NCBI GenBank assembly: GCA_051003155.1
Contig: JBPCLO010000026.1
Location: 96,001-160,000, forward strand
Direction: 5' to 3'
Length of the DNA: 64,000 bases
Source of the DNA: Fimbriimonadales bacterium
Lineage (GTDB): Bacteria > Armatimonadota > Fimbriimonadia > Fimbriimonadales > ATM1
Numbering within the stretch: the stretch's first letter is position 1; each line of letters opens with the position of its first letter. Below are positions 1 through 10,109 of the stretch, piece after piece. The notes below the pieces were generated by a model. The model saw only the letters and a program-made list of their open reading frames with translations, did not search any database and had not been told where the DNA came from. The translations under genes and the position numbers were made by a program.

Positions 1-118
1 CCGAAGCGGTACGCGCTTTCTTGATGTAGGTCTTCAGCGCGGATTGTACGGCCTGGTTCTTAACGCGGCGCTTCTCATTCCGCTTCAGGTCCTTGTTCAT
101 TGATTTGATGTTAGGCAT
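1..118 (-). CDS. rpsT: 30S ribosomal protein S20 (3' end runs off the window)
   Basis: Manual translation MPNIKSMNKDLKRNEKRRVKNQAVQSALKTYIKKARTAS matches the S20 N-terminus. Confidence 0.95.
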   Translation of the reverse strand, partial: MPNIKSMNKDLKRNEKRRVKNQAVQSALKTYIKKARTAS

Positions 119-173
119 GTTTATTTCATCTTCGGGGGGTTATTGTGGCAGGTCCGCGGGACGGGGGTCAAAT

Positions 174-1991
174 CTAGCTTCTAACGAACTTCCTCTTGGC
201 CTTGTCGAAGCCTTGGGCTTCCTTCTTAGGATCGAAGTGCCAAACCGGTGAACCCGGCCGCTGATGGAAGGCGTGATAACCGGTCAGGATCGACGCAACG
301 AGCCTGCGGGGAACGCGCCGGACCACGTTGGTTTCAGCGAGAATCGTTAGGTAATCCGCACCCTTCGAGTAGTGGCTTAGCACTTCTCGTACTATCTCGT
401 ATGTGGATAGTTCACTCGACCCGGCCGCGAGCTTGCGAAGTTGCTCCATCCGGTCGCTGCTGACGTAGATCAGCAGGTCCGGGTCAGATATCCACTCGAA
501 GTCGAAAACGTTCGGCTCGGCAGTCTTTGTCAGAGTGAATGCTGCGCCGCTTTCTACCGGCTGTTCGAACCACCAGTCGATCAGGTTGAACATCAACCGA
601 GTGTCGTGATTGAGCCAGACGTTGAGCTCTCTACCGGCCGAGTCGCGGAAGATCAGCTCTTGGATAGAGGGCGACTCCTCGAGCCAGCCCGTCGGAATTT
701 GGCAAAGCGGAAATGTGCCGATTTCGCGATGCAGCGACTTTAGAACGAGCCGCAACTGGTCCGGCTGCTTCTTAGGCTTTGGCTGTGGGTCCTCGTCGAG
801 AACGTCCTGCGCCAAGACGTTCGCCATCTCCTTGCGGAGGGCACTGCTGAAGCCGTCGTCTGAAAGCTCGATGTCAATCGGTTCTCCGTCTGAATCCCGG
901 AAGTCGTAATCCACGTAGTTGAAGAATTCGGGAACGGAGCCAATGAACTCCGGCGCCGAATCGGATTTGCGGAACCGGTCTCCACCCACAAACCAAACCT
1001 TGTCGCTGGCTTCAAGGGCAGCAATCGCGTTGGCGAGGTCTTCCGGATAGGTGCGGTCTGCCGAGGTGAGTTCGTATTTCGTTTCAAGAAACTTGCCGAC
1101 GCCGACGGAAATCGGGGAGGCCATAACGGCCTGCACCATTTCACCGACCTCCGGGTCGCCGAACTCGAGCGGCGCGACGTCTTCGACCTCCACGGCCGGT
1201 TTGGCTTTCTCCGCTTCCTTCAGAGCTGCCCTTAGCCACTTGGGGGCCTCGGCTTCAGGATGCATCTTGCTATCCGCGCCAAAAACATATCCGGGAACTG
1301 CCTGCAAGGCGTCTAGCAATTCGAGCGCGTCGTAGTAACGGCGTGCGTAGTCGGTTTCGGGATTGAGGTGCTTCCATGCGAAATAGCCGATCAACTTGAC
1401 CGAGATTGGGGCGTGCTTGAGGGCCTCTTTGGCCGCCCTTCCCGAGTTCGAGTAATCGAGCTTGGCCAGGATTTTCTCGGCTGAAGCCACATCCTGCTCA
1501 GTGACGCCGTTCAGGTAAAGAGCCTGCTCCGGCTTCTCGCCGTCCGCCATGAATAGCCACTTGGCGAGCCCTGCTTGGCCGCTGTGAGTTATGAACATCT
1601 GCGGATCGGCCCCGAGCATCGCGGGCAGCTTAGATTCGAAATACTCCTCCGAAAGCTTTCTCGACCGCGATAGCTCGGCGGCCAAATCGGAGACACTAAC
1701 CGGAGAGCCGAATCCTTCGAGAGTCGATTTCACCTGCTGATTGAGGGGTCCGTCGGCGCCGGTAACTCGCGAGGTGGGCATCCAGCGGCGGTCGCTGTAG
1801 GCGAACCTGTCCGGGTTCGTCGCCAACAAGTTGCGAAGGCCCGCGAGGTTGATGCCGAGCGGCGCGAGCTCGACCGCCAGGTCACCGAGCCTCAGCGTGG
1901 ATTCGACGTTCGCGATTCCCTGGAGGACTACGCGATCGGCATAGGCGCGCGCGATATCAATGGTTCGAGTCTGTTGGGTACTTTTGGCCAA
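174..1991 (-). CDS. Hypothetical protein (605 aa)
   Basis: Long ORF with globular composition, TTG start, upstream TATAAT on - strand near 2032-2037; no family recognised. Confidence 0.8.
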   Translation of the reverse strand: MAKSTQQTRTIDIARAYADRVVLQGIANVESTLRLGDLAVELAPLGINLAGLRNLLATNPDRFAYSDRRWMPTSRVTGADGPLNQQVKSTLEGFGSPVSVSDLAAELSRSRKLSEEYFESKLPAMLGADPQMFITHSGQAGLAKWLFMADGEKPEQALYLNGVTEQDVASAEKILAKLDYSNSGRAAKEALKHAPISVKLIGYFAWKHLNPETDYARRYYDALELLDALQAVPGYVFGADSKMHPEAEAPKWLRAALKEAEKAKPAVEVEDVAPLEFGDPEVGEMVQAVMASPISVGVGKFLETKYELTSADRTYPEDLANAIAALEASDKVWFVGGDRFRKSDSAPEFIGSVPEFFNYVDYDFRDSDGEPIDIELSDDGFSSALRKEMANVLAQDVLDEDPQPKPKKQPDQLRLVLKSLHREIGTFPLCQIPTGWLEESPSIQELIFRDSAGRELNVWLNHDTRLMFNLIDWWFEQPVESGAAFTLTKTAEPNVFDFEWISDPDLLIYVSSDRMEQLRKLAAGSSELSTYEIVREVLSHYSKGADYLTILAETNVVRRVPRRLVASILTGYHAFHQRPGSPVWHFDPKKEAQGFDKAKRKFVRS

Positions 1992-2092
1992 GTTCGGAAA
2001 ACCTCAGTTACACCTTAAGAGGCGGGCACCCATTATACCGGACAGTCGTCGCCAATCTTCGCCCTGCGGCTAACTTCCGCCACAATACGCCC

Positions 2093-2249
2093 GACCTCCG
2101 CGGTGCGACAGGAGACGCCCCGGTGAAGCTGTGGTCATCCCCGGTGTCCGCTCACCTCAGCGGTCTAGTGATCTGAGCGGCGCGACGGCGGACATCAGCG
2201 GTGGTGCCCGCCACGCCGCTCATTCCTGTCTCATGCTCTCCACGGGGTC
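2093..2249. ncRNA. Candidate rod-shaped structured RNA (6S-like?)
   Basis: Nested pairings GACAGGA 2107-2113/TCCTGTC 2224-2230, GGTGTCCGC 2143-2151/GCGGACATC 2188-2196, CTCAG 2156-2160/CTGAG 2173-2177; CACAAT at 2081-2086. Confidence 0.3.
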
Positions 2250-3404
2250 TTTCGCCCCGGCGCGCAACGCGGGAATCAAGCCGAATATGCACCCGATGCC
2301 GACGCTGACACCGAGCCCGAGAGCCAAAACGCCCGGCGTTAGCCGAGCGTGGATGGGTGTGGTCTGGTCGAGGACCTGGATGACCGCATACGACCCGGCG
2401 GCTGCGGCGAGCCCGCCCGCCAAGGTGAGCATTACGGCCTCGATCAGGAACTGGGCGAAAACGTCGCCGCGCCGCGCGCCGACGGTCTTGCGAATGCCGA
2501 TTTCGCGCTTCCGCTCGTTCACGTTCATCAGCATAACGGTCATGATGCCAACCCCACCGACGACAAGAGCGATCGCGGAGATGCCCAAGACCAAGTATGT
2601 CAGGATGTTCAGCACCTTGTAGATCGCCGCGAGCAAGTCCTCCTGTGTGAGAACTGAAAAGGTTTCAGCGCCCTGAGTTTTCAGCATCGAGGCTTTGATT
2701 CGATCAACAATCCGTTTGGGCGGCACGGCGGGGTCCGTTTGCGTCCAGATTCGGTCGATCTGGACCTGTCTTCTCTTCGCCACGGTTTCGAACGGCAAGT
2801 AGACCGCCGAGCCGAACAAGTTCAGACCGAAGACGCCTTCCGAGCTCGCCTCGAGCGCTGCCCCGACAACCTGATACGGAATGCCGTTGACCTCGACCTC
2901 CTTGTGAAGAGCCGGTGCGTCTCCGAAGAGGCTCTTCTTAGCCTCGGGGCCAATAACGACTTGACGGCCTCCGGTGAACGGGCCGCCCTCTGCGAACGTG
3001 TGTTTCCGCATCAAAAACCACGTCGGGTCGACTCCGAGAGTGAAGGCGCGGACGGGCCCCTTCCCCGCCGTGACCGAGCCGGCGATGAACGTCCACTTGG
3101 CCAGACGCACGACCCCTTCGACCTTGGCAACTGCCTCGGCGTCGGTCCTCGCAAACGGGCTGAGGCCGATGTTGCCGCTGCCGCCACCCAGGTTGTTCGG
3201 GTCCACCCTGCCCGGAACAATGACAATGAGATTCACGCCGAGCGAGCGCACCTCGTCCTCCACGTCATCGCGCACGCCCATCGCAATCGAGATGAGGAGC
3301 ATGACGGCGAGCGTCCCCACGAATATGCCCAGGGCGCTGAGCAGCGACCGCGCCCAACTCCCCTTTATCGATTCCCAGGCAGAAACGAAAGCATTCGAGA
3401 ACAT
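2220..3404 (-). CDS. ABC transporter permease, MacB/FtsX family
   Basis: RSLLSALGIFVG N-terminus, periplasmic core, VGGVGIMTVMLMNVNERKREIGIRKTVGA motif. Confidence 0.92.
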   Translation of the reverse strand: MFSNAFVSAWESIKGSWARSLLSALGIFVGTLAVMLLISIAMGVRDDVEDEVRSLGVNLIVIVPGRVDPNNLGGGSGNIGLSPFARTDAEAVAKVEGVVRLAKWTFIAGSVTAGKGPVRAFTLGVDPTWFLMRKHTFAEGGPFTGGRQVVIGPEAKKSLFGDAPALHKEVEVNGIPYQVVGAALEASSEGVFGLNLFGSAVYLPFETVAKRRQVQIDRIWTQTDPAVPPKRIVDRIKASMLKTQGAETFSVLTQEDLLAAIYKVLNILTYLVLGISAIALVVGGVGIMTVMLMNVNERKREIGIRKTVGARRGDVFAQFLIEAVMLTLAGGLAAAAGSYAVIQVLDQTTPIHARLTPGVLALGLGVSVGIGCIFGLIPALRAGAKDPVESMRQE

Positions 3405-3620
3405 CGGCTCCGATTATGCAGACTGGAGACCGCGGAGACTGGCAGTATCGGAGGGCGTAGCTTATGCAAGGCAGCCGAGACGAACGGAAAAGGGTCGCGC
3501 CCCCTTCAACTTTCGCAGCGGGAGTAGCAGCGCCGCTTTTGCGAACTGAACCGGCCGGACCATCTGTTGGTCTAGCGGCGACAGCCACCTGGCCGCGATA
3601 TCACGTAAACTCGCAAGCAC

Positions 3621-4328
3621 GTGCCGTTCCTCATCGCTATCGGCGTCATCGCCACCCTATCCCTGCTCTTTGTCTGGTACACGCGCAAGATCTGGTTCTT
3701 TCGTGATCCGGATCATGCGCTGACGGAGCAAGGCGATCTCGTCTTGAGGAGCCCCGTGTATGGTCGCGTTGCCTACGTTAGGAGAATTGAAAATGGCGTC
3801 GTCGAGAGCGAGAAGAAGGGTGAGCGCATCCTGATCTCGGACATTACCAAGGACGACTGGCCAGACCAGGACGGCGACGGCTGGCTCATCGGAATCGCCA
3901 TGACCGCGCTCGACGTGCACTACCAGTACTCACCCCTCCCGGCGACCGTGGGCTCGATCTGCCACCACGCACACGGGCGCAACCTGCCGATGTTTGACCT
4001 TTGGGAGTACGTGCGGATCACTTGGCTCAGGCGTGGGGTGCAGCTCTTCGCCAAGAAGTACGTTTTCGAGAACGAGAGGCAAACCGTGTGGTTGAAAGGC
4101 AAGGCAGCCAAAATTGCGCTTGTACTTATTGCGGACAAGTTCGTTTCCAAAATTACCACGTTCGTGAAGGATGGAGACTCGGTGGCCGCGGGCGGCAAGC
4201 TCAGCTTCATCGGAAGAGGCAGCCAAGTGGACGTGGTCGTCTGCGGCCAACCGGATTTGCTGGCATCCGTGCAGGTTGGCCAGGCTGTGCACGGCCCGTC
4301 GACCGTCATTGCAAGGCTCGGGCGATGA
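3621..4328 (+). CDS. psd: Phosphatidylserine decarboxylase family proenzyme
   Basis: N-terminal TM, FFRDPD, SPVYG, DVHYQYSP, NER and GS cleavage-type motif (GRGSQVD). Confidence 0.75.
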   Translation: MPFLIAIGVIATLSLLFVWYTRKIWFFRDPDHALTEQGDLVLRSPVYGRVAYVRRIENGVVESEKKGERILISDITKDDWPDQDGDGWLIGIAMTALDVHYQYSPLPATVGSICHHAHGRNLPMFDLWEYVRITWLRRGVQLFAKKYVFENERQTVWLKGKAAKIALVLIADKFVSKITTFVKDGDSVAAGGKLSFIGRGSQVDVVVCGQPDLLASVQVGQAVHGPSTVIARLGR

Positions 4329-4371
4329 GCCGGCGGATGCCGGAACCCCCACTTGAAGCGTATAAGTTAAA

Positions 4372-5145
4372 ATGAACAACAGGAGGATGACCATGACGCA
4401 TTCGATCCGGACCATCACAGCATTCGCCGCCGCCCTCGCAGTCACCGGCTGCGGCACGAACCTGCTCAGCAAGAACGACGAGATCAAGCTCGGCCGCCAA
4501 GCCGCCCAAGGCATCGAACAGAAGTACGGCGTGAGCAACAACCCAGAGGACAACAACCTCGTCCAGCGCATCGGCCAGAAGATCATGGCCGCTAACAACC
4601 TGGAGTGGCCCTTTACTTTCAAGGTGCTCAACGATCGCTCCCTAAACGCCGTTTCGCTGCCCGGCGGGCCGGTTTACATCTTCCGTGGTCTGATCGACGC
4701 AACTGCAGGCAACGTGGACGAGCTCGCATCCGTAATGGCTCATGAAGTGGCCCACGTTCAGCACCGCCATGCAGCCAAGCAGTACTCGCAAGCAGTCCTG
4801 ACCGACGTCGCCATCCAGGTCGGTACTGGCGGAGCCGTCCAAACGGCCGCGCAGATCGCGAACTTGTTCGCACAGATGAGCTTTAGCCGGGAAGACGAGT
4901 ACCAAGCCGACTCCAGCGGAATTAAGTACGCTTATAAGGCCGGATATGATCCGAACGGCCTCGTGGAGTTTTTCCGCAGGCTCCAGCGCATGGAAAAGCA
5001 GGGATCGGGGAACGTTATCTCGAATAACCTAAGAACGCACCCCTTGACCAGCTCGCGCATCGAGCGGGCCGAAAAGGAGATCGCCAAGATTACGCAAACT
5101 GTGAATGCAGAAAGAAAGGCGTTAGAAATGATCGACGACAAGTGA
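4372..5145 (+). CDS. M48 family metallopeptidase, lipoprotein
   Basis: NAVSLPGG, HEVAH zinc motif, FSREDEYQAD, THP; lipobox VTGC. Confidence 0.93.
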   Translation: MNNRRMTMTHSIRTITAFAAALAVTGCGTNLLSKNDEIKLGRQAAQGIEQKYGVSNNPEDNNLVQRIGQKIMAANNLEWPFTFKVLNDRSLNAVSLPGGPVYIFRGLIDATAGNVDELASVMAHEVAHVQHRHAAKQYSQAVLTDVAIQVGTGGAVQTAAQIANLFAQMSFSREDEYQADSSGIKYAYKAGYDPNGLVEFFRRLQRMEKQGSGNVISNNLRTHPLTSSRIERAEKEIAKITQTVNAERKALEMIDDK

Positions 5146-5783
5146 AAGTAGCCGCCGTTATCCCCGCCTTCAATGAGGAGCACCGGATCGCTCGCGTCTT
5201 GCATGCCTTGGCGCAGTCGAAGCTCATCGACGATGTCATCGTCGTCAGCGACGGCTCGACCGACGACACGGCCCGTGTCGCGGGCCGCTTGCCGGGCGTC
5301 ACAGTGCTCGACTTGCCCGCCAACCTGGGCAAGGGCGGGGCGATGTGCGCGGGGGTCGAGTACTCGGACGCCGATGTCATCGTTTTCTTCGATGCGGATC
5401 TGATCGGCCTGCGGGCAAAGCACGTGGATTCGCTCGTCGCTCCAGTGCTTTACGGCGCGGATATGGCGATAGGCATCTTTCGCAGGGGCAAGTTTTGGTC
5501 CGACGCGGCGCAGGTGATCAGCCCGTACATCAGCGGCCAAAGGGCGCTCAGAAGAGAGATCATCGAACAGATACCGTGGCTGGCCGAAGTGCGGATGGGC
5601 GTCGAGGTCGCGATCAATCGTATGGCCCGACGCAGGCACTTAAAGATCAAGCGCGTTGTTTTAGATGGAGTGACGCATACCTCGAAGGAACAGAAGTTCG
5701 GCCTAATGAAGGGCACCGCCCAGCGCGCGAAGATGTACGCCGAGATCGGCCGCGCGATGGTACGGGCACGAAAAGACCGGTAG
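5142..5783 (+). CDS. Glycosyltransferase family 2
   Basis: VIPAFNEE, DGSTDDT, NLGKGGA, DAD motifs. Confidence 0.92.
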   Translation: MKVAAVIPAFNEEHRIARVLHALAQSKLIDDVIVVSDGSTDDTARVAGRLPGVTVLDLPANLGKGGAMCAGVEYSDADVIVFFDADLIGLRAKHVDSLVAPVLYGADMAIGIFRRGKFWSDAAQVISPYISGQRALRREIIEQIPWLAEVRMGVEVAINRMARRRHLKIKRVVLDGVTHTSKEQKFGLMKGTAQRAKMYAEIGRAMVRARKDR

Positions 5784-5791
5784 AGCTGCGC

Positions 5792-6907
5792 GTGCTGCTT
5801 CCCCTCTTTGCTTTAGTGGCGTCCTGCGGCCCCTCGGCGGTTGTCGCTCCCCTTCCACCAGCAGAACCGCGCGCGGCGAGCGTGCTGGTCGTTTGGAACG
5901 CGAATGCACCCGAAAGCCGCCTGATCGCAGAAACGTACGTTCAGAAGCGCGGCGTGCCGCAGAAAAACCTGCTGGCGGTTAAGGTGACGACGAAGGACAA
6001 TATCGCAGAGTCGGACTACGAATCCGGTGTTTTGGCCCCAGTCCGCGGGCACATCGCCAAGAACAAACTCAAGATCGATTTCATCGTTCTGGTACGTGGG
6101 GTACCCATTCGCCTGAACAACGACGGCGGCTATTCGCTCGACGCCTTCCTTATGGTGGATGCGCATCCGAGCCGCGCGGGCAAGTCCTTGGAGCCGTACC
6201 AAGCGCCGACGCCGGTGAACGGCAACGTGAACATCCGCGAGCAGGATATCAAGAGGGTGGTCAACCCGTACTTCCGGAAGAGCGAAAAGTTCGACAGCGA
6301 CAAGTATGGGATGTACCTGTGCACGCGGCTGGACGGCTACACGGTCGAGGACGCCATCGGGCTTATCCAACGCTCCCTGAAGGCAGCCCCTGCGAAAGGT
6401 GTTTTTCTCTTCGATTCGTCTCCGGGCAAGACCTCTGGCTCGCTGGGCGCTACTCAATCGGCGATGCCCGCCGCAAAGAAACTCCTCGAAGGGAAACAAA
6501 TGCGGGTGGTCTTCGATGAAAAAGCCGCGTTCGCCGGTGGACAGGATCTGATGGGCTACGCCAGCTGGGGAAGCAACGACGGCTCGTTCGATGCGCGAAC
6601 CTACCATTCGTTGAGCTTCCTCCCGGGCGCGTTGGCGGAGACCTACGTTTCGACGAGCGGACGGACGTTCCGGCAGACCTCCGGCGGCCAGAGCCTGATC
6701 GCCGACTTGATCCGCCAAGGAGTAACAGGTGTCAAAGGATACGTCAGCGAACCGTTTACATTCGCTCTGGCGAGGGTCGACACGCTTTTCGACCGGTACA
6801 CGAGCGGGTTTAACCTCGCGGAGAGTTTCTATATGGCTTCCCCGCTGCTCAAGTGGAAGGACGTCGTGATCGGCGACCCTCTGTGCAGCCCTTACCGAAA
6901 GGAGTAG
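5792..6907 (+). CDS. TIGR03790 family lipoprotein
   Basis: VLVVWN...S..IA..Y, NPYF, RLDG, SWGSND, GVTGVKGYVSEP, IGDPLCSP; start reassigned to GTG 5792 with lipobox LVASC. Confidence 0.8.
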   Translation: MLLPLFALVASCGPSAVVAPLPPAEPRAASVLVVWNANAPESRLIAETYVQKRGVPQKNLLAVKVTTKDNIAESDYESGVLAPVRGHIAKNKLKIDFIVLVRGVPIRLNNDGGYSLDAFLMVDAHPSRAGKSLEPYQAPTPVNGNVNIREQDIKRVVNPYFRKSEKFDSDKYGMYLCTRLDGYTVEDAIGLIQRSLKAAPAKGVFLFDSSPGKTSGSLGATQSAMPAAKKLLEGKQMRVVFDEKAAFAGGQDLMGYASWGSNDGSFDARTYHSLSFLPGALAETYVSTSGRTFRQTSGGQSLIADLIRQGVTGVKGYVSEPFTFALARVDTLFDRYTSGFNLAESFYMASPLLKWKDVVIGDPLCSPYRKE

Positions 6908-6911
6908 CGCC

Positions 6912-7160
6912 AATATCTTTTCTGGAAACGAACGGCGCGCGTATCTATTACGAGGAGGAAGGGCAAAGGCTATCCTCTGCTCCTCATCCACGGAGGGCTT
7001 GGCAGCCTGAGGATGTGCACAAGCAGGTACCTATGTTCGCTGAGCGGTATCGGGTGATCCGGTATGACACGCGCGGATTCGGTAAGACCGACACCGAAGA
7101 TGTCGAGTTCTCGAATCGCGACGACGCCGCCGCGCTTATGGACCACCTGGGCGTCCACAG
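6912..7160 (+). pseudogene. Alpha/beta hydrolase 5' fragment with two compensating frameshifts
   Basis: ETNGARIYYEEEG / KGYPLLLIHGGLGSLRM / QVPMFAERYRVIRYDTRGFG...DAAALMDHLGV; truncated before the catalytic GxSxG. Confidence 0.7.
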
Positions 7161-7413
7161 CCGGTTGCTTCACCGCGTGCGCCTCGGAAAGAGAACCATG
7201 TGGCGCTTTGAACTCTCGCTAGGAAACGGAGCCTTTCGCCACATGGTCATTTCGGAGGACGATGTGGACCCGAAATCCAAGACCTATCTCATGGCTGATC
7301 TGCCGGCAAGCGTGAAAGCTGAACTGGAGAGTGCATACAAGGCAGCGACCCAGAGGCGCGGCGGCCAACCACCCCGTACACGGGTATCCGCTGTGCCAAA
7401 CTAGCCAACTCGC

Positions 7414-7504
<91 letters not shown>

Positions 7505-7511
7505 CAAAATC

Positions 7512-8132
7512 ATGGATGAACGAATCGGCGTCGACGAAAGCGGCAAGGGCGATTATTTCGGACCGCTCGTTGTAGCCGCGTGCTTCGTGGGGCCGGAGCA
7601 CCTCGTGGAGCTCGAAGGCGTGCGCGACTCCAAAAAGCTTACCGACAAGCAGGCGCTTTACTTCTCGAACCAAATTCGAAGGGCATGCCCTCACTCGGTC
7701 ATCTCGATCGGCCCGGCCAAGTACAACGAGCTTTACGATAAGATGCGGAACCTGAACGATTTGCTCGCCTGGGGCCACGCGCGGGCAATCGAGAATGTGC
7801 TCGATCAACGCGACTGCACGCTTGTCATCAGCGATCAGTTCGCCAAGCCCGACACGGTGAAAAAACAGCTCTTCGCGAAGGGAAAGTCCGTGGTGTTGGA
7901 ATCCATTGTTCGGGCGGAGTCGGATATGGCCGTCGCGGCGGCTTCGGTATTGGCGAGGGCCGAATTTCTGCGCAAACTGAGATCCATTTCGGAGGTCTGG
8001 GCGATCGATTTGCCGAAGGGCGCCGGTCTGCCCGTGCTCGACGCTGGGAAGCGCTTTGTGTCGAAGCACGGATTCTCAAAGCTCGGCGAAGTCGCTAAGC
8101 TGCACTTCAAGACAACCGTCAGCTTTCGCTGA
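7512..8132 (+). CDS. rnhC: Ribonuclease HIII (catalytic domain only)
   Basis: [50 protein letters not shown]. Confidence 0.88.
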   Translation: MDERIGVDESGKGDYFGPLVVAACFVGPEHLVELEGVRDSKKLTDKQALYFSNQIRRACPHSVISIGPAKYNELYDKMRNLNDLLAWGHARAIENVLDQRDCTLVISDQFAKPDTVKKQLFAKGKSVVLESIVRAESDMAVAAASVLARAEFLRKLRSISEVWAIDLPKGAGLPVLDAGKRFVSKHGFSKLGEVAKLHFKTTVSFR

Positions 8133-8195
8133 GTCGGACCTCAGTCATACCCGGGCTAAAGAGGAGCTTCAAGCCTCCCGTCGAACTCATACTGA

Positions 8196-8789
8196 GTGTG
8201 GTACAGCTTAAGCGCGCGCGAGAAGCTGGGAATCACCTCGGTCGCCGCGGCGGCCATCGCGGGCGCAGGATGGATGGGGTTTAAACAGGTCGTTTCGCCG
8301 ACTCAGCGCTCGTTCGCGCCAGGCGTCCAAGTACAGGCGTCGCCCCTCTTCTCGATCCACGTGGCGGGCGCCGTGCGTAAGCCGGGTGTCGTTCGCGTAA
8401 ACGAAGGGATGATGGTGCAGGACGCCATCCGCCTCGCAGGCGGCCAAACCGCAGATGCCAACCCGAACGCGGTCAACCTGGCTGCACCCCTCGTCGCTAA
8501 TTCGCAGCTCTATATTCCCGCGGTCAGCGAAATTGTAAGCTCCTCTCAGCTCGGACCGTATGCCCCGGGCCCTCAATCCACAGGCGGGCAGGCCGGAGGG
8601 GTTGTCAGCATCAATTCCGCCACGGAGGCGGAGCTCGACACGCTGCCGGGCGTCGGTCCGGTGACTGCGCGTGCCATTATTAGCCACCGCAGCGCAATCG
8701 GCCGCTTCCGGTCGGTGGACCAGCTCCTCGACGTGAAGGGCATCGGCCCTGTGAAGCTTGCCAAAATGCGCGGACGTGTGACTTTGTAG
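8196..8789 (+). CDS. comEA: Competence DNA-binding protein ComEA (TM + SLBB + HhH)
   Basis: HVAGAVRKPGV SLBB; INSATEAELDTLPGVGP and VKGIGP helix-hairpin-helix motifs. Confidence 0.9.
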   Translation: MWYSLSAREKLGITSVAAAAIAGAGWMGFKQVVSPTQRSFAPGVQVQASPLFSIHVAGAVRKPGVVRVNEGMMVQDAIRLAGGQTADANPNAVNLAAPLVANSQLYIPAVSEIVSSSQLGPYAPGPQSTGGQAGGVVSINSATEAELDTLPGVGPVTARAIISHRSAIGRFRSVDQLLDVKGIGPVKLAKMRGRVTL

Positions 8790-8793
8790 ATTT

Positions 8794-9567
8794 ATGGTAA
8801 CGACGGCGCCGAATCGGTGGTATCTGCGGTGGATTTTCGGGCCGCTGCAGTTCACAGGGGAGCTATTCGTCCTCATTTGGGAGGGTTTTAGCCGCATTTT
8901 CTCGCGTCCGTTCGAGTTCAAGGAGATGATCGGTCAGATGGTGTTCGTGGGTCTCGGCTCGGTGCCGATCGTCGCGCTCACCACATTCGCCTCCGGCGCG
9001 GTTATGTCTCTGTATATATCCCCGCTCCTCTCCAATATGGGCGTCACGACGATGATCGGAGGCACGGTGGGGTTGACCGTCACGCGGGAACTCGCGCCCG
9101 TCGTCGCCGGCATCATGGTGGCCGCCCGATGTGGTAGCGCGATGACCGCGCAGATCGGCTCCATGGCCGTCACCGAGCAGCTCGACGCCCTAAAAGCCTT
9201 GGGCGTGAACCAATACAACTACTTGCTCGTCCCCCGGCTCTTGGCAACCGTGCTCATGCTCCCGATTCTGGGTCTCTTGGGTGTCTACTGTGGTGTGATC
9301 GGGGGTCTGGTCGTGGCGACCGGCCACGGCATTCCAGCGGCGACGTTCCTCAACTCGATCGAGGTCATGCTCGACTCTTGGGACTTCCTCGGAGGCGTGC
9401 TGAAGACCGCGTTCTTCGGCCTCGTGATCACGATCGTCGCCTGCCAGCAGGGCTTCGGGACGAAAGGCGGCGCCGTCGGCGTCGGCAAATCGACCACGGA
9501 CACCGTGGTGATCAGCATGGTGTTCATCTATATCCTGAACTACTTCCTGGCAGCTTGGTTTTATTAG
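8794..9567 (+). CDS. mlaE: MlaE family ABC permease
   Basis: RELAPVVAGIMVAARCGSAMTAQIGSMAVTEQLDAL, GGAVGVGKSTT. Confidence 0.88.
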   Translation: MVTTAPNRWYLRWIFGPLQFTGELFVLIWEGFSRIFSRPFEFKEMIGQMVFVGLGSVPIVALTTFASGAVMSLYISPLLSNMGVTTMIGGTVGLTVTRELAPVVAGIMVAARCGSAMTAQIGSMAVTEQLDALKALGVNQYNYLLVPRLLATVLMLPILGLLGVYCGVIGGLVVATGHGIPAATFLNSIEVMLDSWDFLGGVLKTAFFGLVITIVACQQGFGTKGGAVGVGKSTTDTVVISMVFIYILNYFLAAWFY

Positions 9568-9616
9568 GCAGCGCTCGGGCCGATCCAAGTTGAGTAAGGA
9601 TGAGGGAACTATTTTT

Positions 9617-9668
9617 CCTCTCCCTCTGGGAGAGGTCCTCGCCGACGAAGTTGTGCGAGGGGTGAGGG
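9617..9668. repeat. REP-like palindromic element
   Basis: CCTCTCCC-TCT-GGGAGAGG plus CCTCGC...GCGAGG followed by GGTGAGGG. Confidence 0.6.
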
Positions 9669-9716
9669 AGATAATGCGGCCGCTCCGATCAAGTGCAGAC
9701 TGCGTTCGAAAGGATT

Positions 9717-9750
9717 CCTCCCCCAAGCCTGGGGGAGGTTAGGAGGGGGT
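9717..9750. repeat. REP-like palindromic element
   Basis: CCTCCCCCA-AGCC-TGGGGGAGG followed by TTAGGAGGGGG; same style as 9617. Confidence 0.6.
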
Positions 9751-9783
9751 TGGCGTGGCTGTCATCGCATACCGCATTAAGGT

Positions 9784-10109
9784 CTACGTCCCGGGCGGCC
9801 GATAGGCGATATCCCTCGCGCGCCCAAGGGCATCCAGCGTCTCCTCGATGGTCAGCAGCGGCGTCGTCTCCAGTTTTGAGAGCGCCCCGCCGCCGGTGAT
9901 CGCGATGGCCACAGCGGCCATCGACACATTGTCCGGCGCCTCCCAAAGGTATAGGCGTCGTACTCGCCGAACGCGAACCAGAAACCGTGCAGCTTGCCGC
10001 CGACGGATTCGATGTATTTGCGCGCAGCCTCGCGCCGATCCTCGGGGTTCTGCATCATTCGCGCCCACGTCTCGGGCGTATAGCTAAAACGCGTTAAGTA
10101 AAAAGCCAT
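9784..10109 (-). pseudogene. GYD domain protein with a 1-nt frameshift near 9948
   Basis: MAFYLTRFSYTPETW...GGKLHGFWFAFGEYDAY continues in another frame as LWEAPDNVSMAAVA...LETTPLLT...YRPPGT. Confidence 0.8.

Noticed and set aside
5345..5791. N-terminal extensions in the ORF track (also 24917, 25739, 58111, 62519)
   Set aside because: They overlap real upstream genes or remnants; better starts match family N-termini
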